A DNA stretch of 64,000 nucleotides, from positions 24,689,237 through 24,753,236 of the forward strand of contig NC_092672.1 in NCBI RefSeq assembly GCF_964355755.1, written 5' to 3'. The notes beneath the pieces were generated by a model, which was not told the DNA's origin, searched no databases, and worked only from the letters and a program-made list of their open reading frames with translations. This stretch comes from Antedon mediterranea. Lineage: Eukaryota > Animalia > Echinodermata. A program made the translations under genes and the position numbers. Shown here one piece after another: positions 24,493-36,400 of this stretch; positions within the stretch are counted from its first letter, which is position 1, and each line of letters starts with the position of its first letter.

Positions 24493-27400
24493 ATGGCAAA
24501 GCATACCAGGTACGCACACACTCACATTTCTATTTTTCTAAGGACACAATTACAACTCCCAAAGACTTGTAATAAGACTTTGTTTAGAGCATCTTGTGTA
24601 TATGTTTGTCTTGTGAACCTAGCTCTGAGGGTCCCTAATGATCAGCAATTGCTGGAGGGATCACCCTCATTAAATATGGTTTTAAAAAAATATTAAAAAC
24701 TGTAAATCAAGAAAAACAACATAAAAAAGTAAGTCACAATGTGTACATCATCATCATTTGTCAGCTTATTGATCATGTCATCTGATTAAAATTTACTATT
24801 AAAATTGTTGTTTGACTGTTGAAGTATTTGGCCCTTTAGTATTCTGGGTATGTTGAGGGTTTAAAATAAGATTTTAATGCAACGTAAAAACAATGTAATT
24901 GCAGTATACCATCAAATTATTTTCTGTTTTATTATTAATGCAAACATTCTTTTATAATTATATAATGTCATTTTGTCAGGTTTAATCCATTGCATATAAT
25001 AACAGATGCAATGGTTAAAACAACGGTGTGTACACCAGATGCCAGTAACAAAGAAATGTTGAAAGAAACAACGCAGGATATTTGTAAGTATTCACTTTAT
25101 TCAGATACATGCTGCAACCAAAATAGATGATTTATTTATATTTTTAAATTTATTTTTTATAATTATTTAGGAAAATTGCCAAAGATAACCATAGCGAATT
25201 AATTCAAGGTAGCAATCATGTTCACAAGACAAACATACACAAGATGCTCTACATAAACAAAGTCTTATTACAAGTCTTTGGGAGTGGAGATTTGTCATTA
25301 GAAAAAATCCTGGAATATGACAGGGCTTCAACCCAGGACCCTTCAATTGGTAGCCAAGCATCATAACCACCAAGCCACAACTCTACTCCAAATTTAAAAT
25401 TCACCCTGACTCATGCACTGTCATGTCACAACTTGTTTTTAATTTTTTTACCAAATAATTGTTGTTCTCATGTCATTGTAAATTAATTGAATAGACCTCT
25501 AGGTTTAATATTTGGGTGACAATTTGCGACTACGGTAGTTCTTGCACACACTTTGATATTTCATAAATGCATGGAGAAAACCACTACCATATAAACATAC
25601 AAGTTATTTAAATTCAATTTGAGGATAAATTAGTTTTTAAATTATTGCAACAACATCATAAAAATGGTTTCAAAGTTTCTATGCTTTTAAAAAACAAATG
25701 TAACTGTGTAAGAAATAAAATAATATATACAGGATTTTATTAACATTTTTTAATTTAAAAGCTTTAGACATGTATGAGGATGCTGTCACTGATGTCACAG
25801 TTAAACAAATGTTGAAAAGTCCACGCCATACAAAAGGATACACACCAAGAGCAGGACCATCAAAGCAGGAAACAAAATCTGGTAAAAGATTTTAATGAAA
25901 GTTAAATCAAATTTACTTAAAATTTCTTTATTGTTATTGTAATCTGCTGTAAAATAAATTAATAAGTATAAACATAAAAGGCACAAAATACCAATCAATA
26001 TAAAATTGGTACAAAAGAGATTTTTTTAAATAAATTTAATATAAAAGTTTTGATAAAAGACTTTATACAGCATTTTGCTGTGATTACTGCTGTGACATTT
26101 GAATTCAAATAGAGAATACAAAAGATACACATATTATAATGATGATGGCAAATTGGATCAGGTGGGAATCGGCAAAAAATGATTTATTACACTAACCTTT
26201 GTTCTTGCCGAGTTAATTTGATTCTAAAACATAATGATGAATGCTAATAACAAGGTAGCATCTTTAATTATATCAACACAATTTTCAGAAAGTAGACATG
26301 AGAAAAATAAAAACCCCACAGGAGCATCAACATCAAAACAGGAAGCCAAATCTGGTGAAACATCAACAAGTTCAAATCATATGCCAAACCCACAAAAAGA
26401 GGGTAAATATTTATTTTGAAATGTGTTTGATTGTGCTGTTCATACATATTAATGATATCAGAAATAAAGACTAAAAGTGCTAAATATTGAAATGATTAAA
26501 GGAGCGGAAATTTAATCATAATCATCAGTGTCTGCTAATGAACATATATTATCTTGCGAGTTACTTTGACAGTTAATACTAATACTTGTATATTGTATGA
26601 CACTGCTGTGTAATCTATTCAACTTGCAGTACAATGTGGTTAAATAAACTCATCACTAAACTATTGATTGGAAAGGATAAGGTTTAGAATACTTAAATAT
26701 TGCATTGGAAATACTTTTTCTTTAAATAAAAAAGTTATAGTTGGTAATCACAATTGAGGAGACCTGCAAGTTGTTGTATGTGTTATATATTTTATCACAA
26801 CAGAACCAGTGTATGAAGAAAAACCAGAAATTCCTAAAGGGTTCAGGAACAAATTTGTAAGCAAACTTCGCTCTGCAAGAGAAGGTGGTGACTCTAAAGT
26901 AGATAGCAACAAGTTTGTTATGCATATCTGGGACTTTGGTGGTCAACCAATTTACCATGTGATACAACGGGTAAATTTTATTGGTGTATTTAATTTGTAT
27001 TAATAGAGATTATAATATTAATACTATAATATTCAATATACATGCCTTCTTCTGAGCGTCTGTTAGTTTCAGTGTATACTTTGTCTTTTGGCCTTGTTAC
27101 AATATGAGCACTGAAATCAAAAAGCTTGCTCACTTGATTTGAAGTTAAGAACCTATAATCTTCCTCCAAGGTATTACAAAAATGTGGATCTAATATAGTA
27201 CAATATGTCAGTATCAGATATAAAATACAATTATTATTATTATTACAATATTATAAATTATTTTATTCTTCATTTAATTTAATAAAGACAACTCGGTCTC
27301 TAGTCCCTAATTACCAGAAACCAAACCCAGAATTGAGGTCTAAAGTTCCAAATTCTTTTTTACCTTTAAACATACATTTGGAATATCAGAATTTCTGTAA

Positions 27401-30400
27401 ACCAAGACATATTATGCCAGCCGAATGGTGTCCAGTTTTGGGAGACTTTAAGTAAAATAGTATTAATTGATGTAATATAATGTATTATTAGCAGAGAGGG
27501 ATAGCAAAGAAAGAATGTAATATTAAACATTCATTATTTATTAAACCAATGATTAAGATTGTAAATGTTTCCAAGGTTAACATGCACTTTGTGAGGAAAA
27601 CAAAAGTATCAAATAATCAGTTGTGCCAGTATACTGACACATGTGTATAAACAGTTTGTAATATTGACTATTATGATTATGTTTACTAGATATTCATGGT
27701 GTCTTATGCTGTTGTATGTGTGGTGTTCAACATGAATGAAGGTCTTAATGCCCCAGCTAAAGTTCGTGATCCAACTACTGTAAGTAGATTTTACAAATTT
27801 CAAATGTTTATGTAATTGTACATAAATAAATTGTTTCCTTCATGTTATTCTTTACCTTAACACAAACTGTGCAAATAGCAGATGCCTGATATATGATTGT
27901 TGTTATTTCCACTTCCATGATAGTGTTGTTAATAGCAGATGCCTGATATATGATTGTTGTTATTTCCACTTCCATGATAGTGTTGTTAATAGCAGATGCC
28001 TAATATATGATTGTTGTTAATTCCACTTCTATGATAGTTTTGTTAATAGCAGATGCCTGATATATGATTGTGGTTATTTCCACTTCCATGATAGTGTTGT
28101 TAATAGCAGATGCCTGATATATGATTGTTGTTATTTCCACTTCTATGATAGTGTTGTTAATAGCAGATGCCTGATATATGATTGTTGTTATTTCCACTAC
28201 TATGATAGTGTTGTTAATAGCAGAATCCTGATATATGATTGTTGTTAATTCCACTTCCATGATAGGGTTGTTAATAGCAGATGCCTGATATATGATTGTT
28301 GTTAATTCCACTTCTATGATAGTGTTGTTAATAGCAGATGCCTGATATATGATTGTTGTTATTTCCACTACTATGATAGTGTTGTTAATAGCAGATGCCT
28401 GATATATGATTGTTGTTAATTCCACTTCCATGATAGTGTTGTTAATAGCAGATGCCTGATATATGATTGTTGTTATTTCAACTTCTATGATAGTGTTGTT
28501 AATAGCAGATGCCTGATATATGATTGTTGTTAATTCCACTTCCATGATAGTGTTGTTAATAGCAGATGCCTGATGGTTTCCCATGCCTGATATATGATTG
28601 TTGTTATTTCCACTTCCATGGTAGTGTTGTTAATAGCAGATGCCTGATAATGATATATGATTGTTGTTATTTTCACTTCCATGATAGTGTTGTTAATAGC
28701 AGATGCCTGATATATGATTGTTGTTAATTCCACTTCCATGATAGTGTTGTTAATAGCAGATGCCTGATATATGATTGTTGTTATTTCCACTTCCATGATA
28801 GTGTTGTTTTTCTATTAATTTGTGCTGCTAATAATAATAGATAATTTGTCAAACTAGAACTTAAAAAATTTTAAATGTAAATTTTGTTCATTTTTTTTTT
28901 ATTTAGGGAAAAGTTTATGAACATCGAATGACAAATCTTGACTTCATTCTGTTTTGGATTCGTTCTGTTTTTGTAAACGTAAGAAAAGGAAAAAATAACA
29001 AGATAATGCTGATTGGTACACATTATGAGAGCCTTGGTAAAACTGAACAAGAAAGACAACAAAGGGTACATATGTCATCACATTTCCTTTTAAACAGTGC
29101 AAAATTGTATATTGTCATTAATTCATTGGAAACAATATGTAGTTTCATCTCTAACATTGGCAATCATGTATGATTGTTTTATACGTCATGTCATGAGCAT
29201 ACTACTGTACTGTGCTGGCTTATGATTAACTAATTAACTTAACTTAATTTTTTTTTCATTTCGATATAATAAAACAAATAAAAGGGTATACAAATATCTA
29301 TGATTTAGCACACATTTTGAATATGTTTTCTTATATTGGTTACAATGTACACTGGGTAAGTAAATGCGTAACATAACTTAAATGAAACATTTTTTGCACT
29401 TTACAAAAGGGGTTTTGGTTGGCTAAGCACACTCTAAATCTTCCCTTGACATAAGTATAATTCAAATATGATGTTATTTATTTTAGGTAAAGGAAATAGA
29501 GAATATACTTTGGAAAGCCATGGAAGGAAAACCATTTGAGGACATGGTGTATCAAGGAGAGCTCTTTACCATTGAAAACAGTGTCTCATTTGAAAAGAGC
29601 GGTGCTTCTAAAATCATCCTCAAAATACAAAAATTAGTCCAGATGATGATTCTTACTTTTCCAATTAAATGGCTACAAGTACTGCTGGAAATACAACAGT
29701 TACGAAAAGCCAAATTATATCTACCAACATCTGAGGTTAGAATAAAATATCTTTAACAGATTGATTGATGAATGTGTCTTTTAATGTTTAACATCCATTA
29801 CATTTAAAGCAATAAACCCTGTTTTTGCATTGAATGGTGTTAATTATAGTGAAAAAAAAGCAAACTTGTTTTTATTACATTTGAAATTGTGTGGGATACA
29901 AGTTTGTTATTGATAGTAATATAACAGTAATCCCTGCTTTTCTGTCTGTGTTAATTGACTGTTTATGGTGAATCTTCAACAAATGAGTGTTTGAAGTGAA
30001 TCTTCAAACAGGAACGGTGCAATTTTAGTAGAGTACCAAGTACCAAAACAAAAGGAACATTTTTTGTCCTCTAATAATTATTGAAGTAAGTGGTGAACCT
30101 TGAGTTTACTGTTGGTTGGGAAAATTTCAGAATTCAAATCTACCCTTGCATGATAAAGTATTATGTCCTATATAGACAACCTTTCAACAACGAAATGAAT
30201 GATAACATCAACAGAAAACCAGTTTGTAATTAATCAGCATTTATTTTTTTCATTACATTTTTCATTATGATATTTATTTAACTTTTAGATTAATGATTTA
30301 CTTGCTCGTTGTAAGATAACTGACAGAAAACTGTTTCTTGAGTACTTGCATGACATCGGCGAAATTCTGTTCTACCCGGATGACAAGATCCTCAAAGAAA

Positions 30401-33400
30401 AAATTGTTATAGATTTGATGGGAGTAGTTGACAAGTTTAAAACAATCATCACAGTTATAGATCCCAGCATTCAGGTTAGTAAACTTCACTTCTTTGAGTG
30501 GTGTCAATCATTGGTGAATATCATCAGACGTAAACATTGTGGTAATCTTTTTTTAGTGTGATGCATTTACCCGTATCCGGATATTCACCCCCTGGACATT
30601 TACCCCCCGGACAACTACCCCCCGGACAACCACCACCTGGACCACTACCCCCTTAGGACAACTACCCCTTTAGGACAACTACCCCCCGGACAAATACCCC
30701 CCGGACAACTACCCCCTTAGGACAACAACCCCCTTAGGACAACTACCCCCTGGACAACTACCCCCCGGACAATTACCCCCCGGACAATTACCCCCTAGGA
30801 ACAATTACCCCCCGGACAATTACCCCCCGGACAATTACCACCCAGAAAACTATCCCTTTAGAACACCCTAACCACCCAGACCATTCAACAACCTGACTCT
30901 GCAACAGTGTATAATAGGAATTAATAACTATATTTTAATTCGTTACTTTGACGAATTACTATTCATTATTGTAAACAAAAGTAAAAGATTGAACATAAAT
31001 ATAGCCTGGTATAAACTGAAGATCGTCACACATGATCATAGGATAGTCGAACGTATTATATAGTACTCCCTGTATTTACTGTAAAGACTGGGTTCGCTAA
31101 TAATAATAATAATTTTTGCGTCAGGACAATGCTTCGATAACCACTGGTCTTAAAAGAATTAATATTTGTCTCAAATTTGTCATATATGTATTTTTGTACA
31201 CTTGAAGAAAAATATCACTTTTGATATTTGACCTCAATGTTCACTCACCGAATAAACGTCGATCTTTAAATAAATTCCCCTCAAATAAACGGTGACCATG
31301 TGACTCCCATGAAACATCATATGGAATAATCGGCGTCTATTTCCATTAGATTATACCCCCTCCCATTGAATAAACAACTTTCTTCCAATAAATGTCCACC
31401 TAAAAACCACCTAAACAATAAACAGCCCAGGCCGTTTTTTCAATAAATACGATACTTTAAATCTAGCACATCTAGGGTCTAGCGTGCTGTTAAACAGAAT
31501 AATCGGTTAAAAACGGGTGTTTCGAAACTAGAGACCCGAGACCAGAGACCAGAGACCCGAGACCCAATACGAAAAGGGAGACCCACGTACGAAAAGGGAG
31601 ACCCCACTATACGAAAAGGGAGACCCCACTATACGAAAAGGGAGACACTAATATACGAAAAGGGAGACCTAAATATACGAAAAGGGAGACCCAATTATAC
31701 GAAAGGGAGACCCAAATATACAAAATGGGAGGCCCAAATATACGAAAAGGGAGACCCACTATAAGAAAAGGGAGACCCACTATAAGAAAAGGGAGACCCC
31801 ACTATACGAAAAGAGAGACCACACTATACGAAAAGGGAGACCCTAATAATATACGAAAAGGGAGACCCAAATATAGGTCTCCCTTTTCGTATTGGGTCTC
31901 GTTTCAGGTCTCTGGTCTCGGATCTCTAGTTTCGAAACACCCGTTAAAAACAGATGATTTCATTTTTACAGAAACCGGTCCTATATATTTGTCTACTTTT
32001 GGATGGGGGGGGGGGGGGTAGTTGACCGGGGGGTAGTTGACCGGGGGGTAGTTGACCGGGGGTAGTTACCCGGGGGTAGTTATCCTAAGGGGGTGGTTGT
32101 CAGGGGGGTAGTTGTCCGGGGGGTTGTTATCCTAAGGGGGTAGTTGTCCTAAGGGGGTAGTTGTCCGGGTGGTAAACATCCGGGGGGTAACTGTCTAGGG
32201 GGTAGGTGTCCTAGAACCGAAAAGGGAGACCCCCCTATACGAAAAGGGAGACCCTAATATACGAAAAGGGAGACCTAAATATACGAAAAGGGAGACCCAA
32301 TTATACGAAAGGGAGACCCAAATATACAAAATGGGAGACCCAAATATACGAAAAGGGAGACCCACTATAAGAAAAGGGAGACCCACTATAAGAAAAGGGA
32401 GACCCCACTATACGAAAAGAGAGACCACACTATACGAAAAGGGAGACCCTAATATACGAAAAGGGAGACCCAAATATAGGTCTCCCTTTTCGTATTGGGT
32501 CTCGTTTCAGGTCTCTGGTCTCGGATCTCTAGTTTCGAAACACCCGTTAAAAACAGATGATTTCATTTTTACAGAAACCGGTCCTATATATTTGTCTACT
32601 TTTGGATGGGGGGGGGGTAGTTGACCGGGGGGTAGTTGACCGGGGGGTAGTTGACCGGGGGGTAGTTACCCGGGGGGTAGTTATCCTAAGGGGGTAGTTG
32701 TCCTAAGGGGGTGGTTGTCCGGGGGGTAGTTGTCCGGGGGGTTGTTATCCTAAGGGGGTAGTTGTCCTAAGGGGGTAGTTGTCCGGGGGGTAGTTGTCCG
32801 GGGGGTAGTTGTCCTAAGGGGGTAGTTGTCCGGGTGGTAAACATCCGGGGGGTAACTGTCTAGGGGGTAGGTGTCCTAGAACCGCATTTACCTGCAAAAA
32901 TGTAATATCTGCCACACAGAGAACGAAATTATACCTTATTATTTCTATTATATTCTAATAAACATATTACTGTAGCACTCCCATTAAGGGAAGACCCAAC
33001 AAAGTGTCCCCTTAATAGACGTTAGCCATGGTCTTAATCTGTCTCTCTTTCATTTCACAAGTAAGTTTTAATAAGGTTTAAGGGAAGGCCCAACAAAGTG
33101 TCCCCTTAATAGACGTTAGCCATGGTCTTAATCTGTCTCTCTTTCATTTCACAAGTAAGTTTTAATAAGGTTTAAGGGAAGACCCAACAAAGTGTCCCCT
33201 TAATAGAGGTTAGCCATGGTCTTAATCTGTCTCTCTTTCATTTCACAAGTAAATTTTAATAAGGTTTAAGGGAAGGCCCAACAAAGTGTCCCCTTAATAG
33301 AGGTTAGCCATGGTCTTAATCTGTCTCTCTTTCATTTCACAAGTAAGTTTTAATAAGGTTTAAGGGAAGGCCCAACAATGTGTCCCCTTAATAGAGGTTA

Positions 33401-36400
33401 GCCATGGTCTTAATCTGTCTCTCTTTCATTTCACAAGTAAGTTTTAATAAGGTTTAAGGGAAGGCCCAACAAAGTGTCCTCTTAATAGAGGTTAGCTATG
33501 GTGTTAATCTGCCTCTCATTCATTTCACCAGTAAGTTTTAATAAGGTTTAAGGGAAGACCCAACAAAGTGTCCCCTTAATAGAGGTTAGCTATGGTGTTA
33601 ATCTGCATCTCATTCATTTCACCAGTAAGTTTTAATAAGGTTTAAGGGAAGGCCCAACAAAGTGTCCCCTTAATAGAGGTTAGCTATGGTGTTTATCTGC
33701 ATCTCATTCATTTCACTAGTAAGTTTTAATAAGGTTTAAGGGAAGGCCCAACAAAGTGTCCCTTAATAGAGGTTAGCTATGGTGTTAATCTGCCTCTCAT
33801 TCATTTCACCAGTAAGTTTTAATAAGGTTTAAGGGAAGGCCCAACAAAGTGTCCCCTTAATAGAGGTTAGCTATGGTGTTAATCTGCCTCTCATTCATTT
33901 CACCAGTAAGTTTTAATAAGGTTTAAGGGAAGGCCCAACAAAGTGTCCCCTTAATAGAGGTTAGCCATGGTCTTAATCTGTCTCTCTTTCATTTCACAAG
34001 TAAGTTTTAATAAGGTTTAAGGGAAGGCCCAACAAAGTGTCCCCTTAATAGAGGTTAGCCGTGGTATTAATCTGCCTCTCATTCATTTCACAAGTAAGCT
34101 TCAATAAGGTTTTCCCAAAGGAGAGGTTCTACTGACCAGAAGAATAACAATTACTTTGTTGCATTAACAAATTACACTTTTGTGCTTTTATATTTTTTTA
34201 GCCATCTCTGAAACAGCTTTGGAGAAATTTAAATGGGGGCAAACTAGATGAAAGACTGTTGCAGCATATTTGGAAGGATGAGTCAAATGAGATGATTGAC
34301 TTCTTTGTGTCTCTGATGCAAACCTTTGGGTTAATGTGTGAAAAAAGGAGTAAAGAGGTATTTACATTTTATTTTAAATATTTAATTCAATTATTTTTTA
34401 ATATATTCCATCTACTACTCATGTTCTATTTTTTTTTCTATAGAATGTTGGACGAATGTTCTATGTTCTTTCACGCCTAAAGCCCCTACGTGATGATACA
34501 GAGGCTGTTGAATATGAAGAGAAACATGCTGTTTCTCTCTTTCATGACTTTGATGGCTACCTTCCAGATGATCTCTTTCAACGGGTTGCGACTACATTTA
34601 TCGAGGAATTTCAAATGGAAGATGTTGAGCCTACATTATCTTACGAGCATGTAGAACTGAACATTGATGGCCATCATCTTGTCATTCTAAATGTAGCTAC
34701 CATCAACAATTGCCGTTTGTTCCAGGTAAACTTGATAATGCAATCATGCCGTGAATGCCAGTAAAATCACAAGTATTTTATTGGGGGATTGTTCTTATGT
34801 TGTTTATTATATGTTTATTAAACCATTTCTTTGTTTTTGTTGGTCACCACTTCTGGATATAACAGATATTAAAATATACACTGTCAGTAACTTTAAATTT
34901 ACTTGGTTTATTGCCATTTCTGGAATGATATCAGTAGTAATCACTTTGGAATTGATTTGTTTTTTATATTGCAGACAACAATTGTCAGAACGACAATCAT
35001 GAACACAAAATCAGGAAGTAGCTCTCCTGAAGATGATGATCCACAACCTAGCATCTGTAAGAAGGTAAACTATAAGTACCAAATAAACTAATGTTATCTA
35101 TGGCCCTGTTTCTGCTGCCAACTAAATACCGTATATTATACGGTATTTTTTGAATACCGTATATATACGGTATATTTTTGGCAGCAGAAACTGCGCTCAT
35201 AAAAAATATACCGTATTTTGTATACCGTATTTTCTCCACAAAATTTGTGGATAAAATACGGTATTTACAAATTTATACCGTATTTTTTGTACCCGTTTCT
35301 GCTGCCAATAAAAAATACCGTATTTTTTTTTTACATGACAAAAGGTCACCATTCGTGTTTTTATTTTCTGTCGCTGTTAGCTGCTTTACACACATGTATA
35401 GATATATTCGGCGAAAATGTGGAGCGAATACGTCATATTTTTACTAAATAAATGTGTGTGGGGAAGCTAAAATGTCTGACCAACTAAAAGGTAATAAAAG
35501 GGACAACCACATTTATAAAGACATTTCTAAAAAAATAAAGCAGGAGTATGGAATAAACTTGTCTCCAAAGCAAGTAAACTCAAAGCTGAAGAGCCTGCGA
35601 AAGCAGTACAACATTGCAAAATACAATAACTCGGGGAGGGAACGAATTAATTGTCCCCATTACGATGTTTTCTGTGCTCTCACAACATCTCTATCACTAG
35701 GGCTAGGCTGTTGAAAGTGAGACGTAAAACTTCCTTTATTTCGACTTTTAATTATCGATCAAATAAATGAATGGCAATTTGGGTAAAAAAGATGAAATTT
35801 AACACGACCACCCAAGAAGTATTGTTAGCAGAAACGGGGTACTAAAAAATACGGTATAAAAAATACCGTATTTTTATACCGTATTTTGAGCAGTTGCAGC
35901 AGAAACAGGCCCTATGCCTTGTTTTGTCAGTGTAAATTTATAAGCTCCTGGGTTGTTTTTGAATGATTATAAATGTCTGTGTAAATATGTAATATAAGAT
36001 ATAAGATAAGACAAGATATAAGTATTATTATTTTTCTCTTTAAATCATCTTAAATGTAGTGAAGTCATTTTATTGAGATTATTTGAAATATTTTTTTTTT
36101 CTAGGTCCTTAATTTCCTTGAAAAAGAATTGCAAGTTTTAAGTCAGAATGGTGCACGTGGTGTTGAAGTAAAGATGTACATCCGTTGTGCATGTTTAAAT
36201 AGTGAACGTACTCATATGCAGGTTGTTCGCAAATTTGACCAAGATGTGTTGCCATGTAAAAGCAAAGCAATGGACGTGAAACGTTACCGTAAACTGTTTG
36301 GAGAAATAAAAGATGAACAAGGTATATGCCTAATAATCCATAATACATATGACATAAAACAAAACAGGCAAACATTCTTATTTTTGTTCTTTAACTAATG

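Noticed and set aside
25011-25013. ATG as start codon of the Roco gene
   Set aside because: The frame upstream in the same exon is open and resembles switch I, so coding probably begins in an earlier exon; not fully excluded
28000-28796. Minus-strand ORFs with 19-aa repeats
   Set aside because: By-product of a 57-bp (multiple of 3) minisatellite inside an intron of the + strand gene
31725-32624. IRKGRP repeat ORFs
   Set aside because: Internal repeats of a MITE and its duplicate
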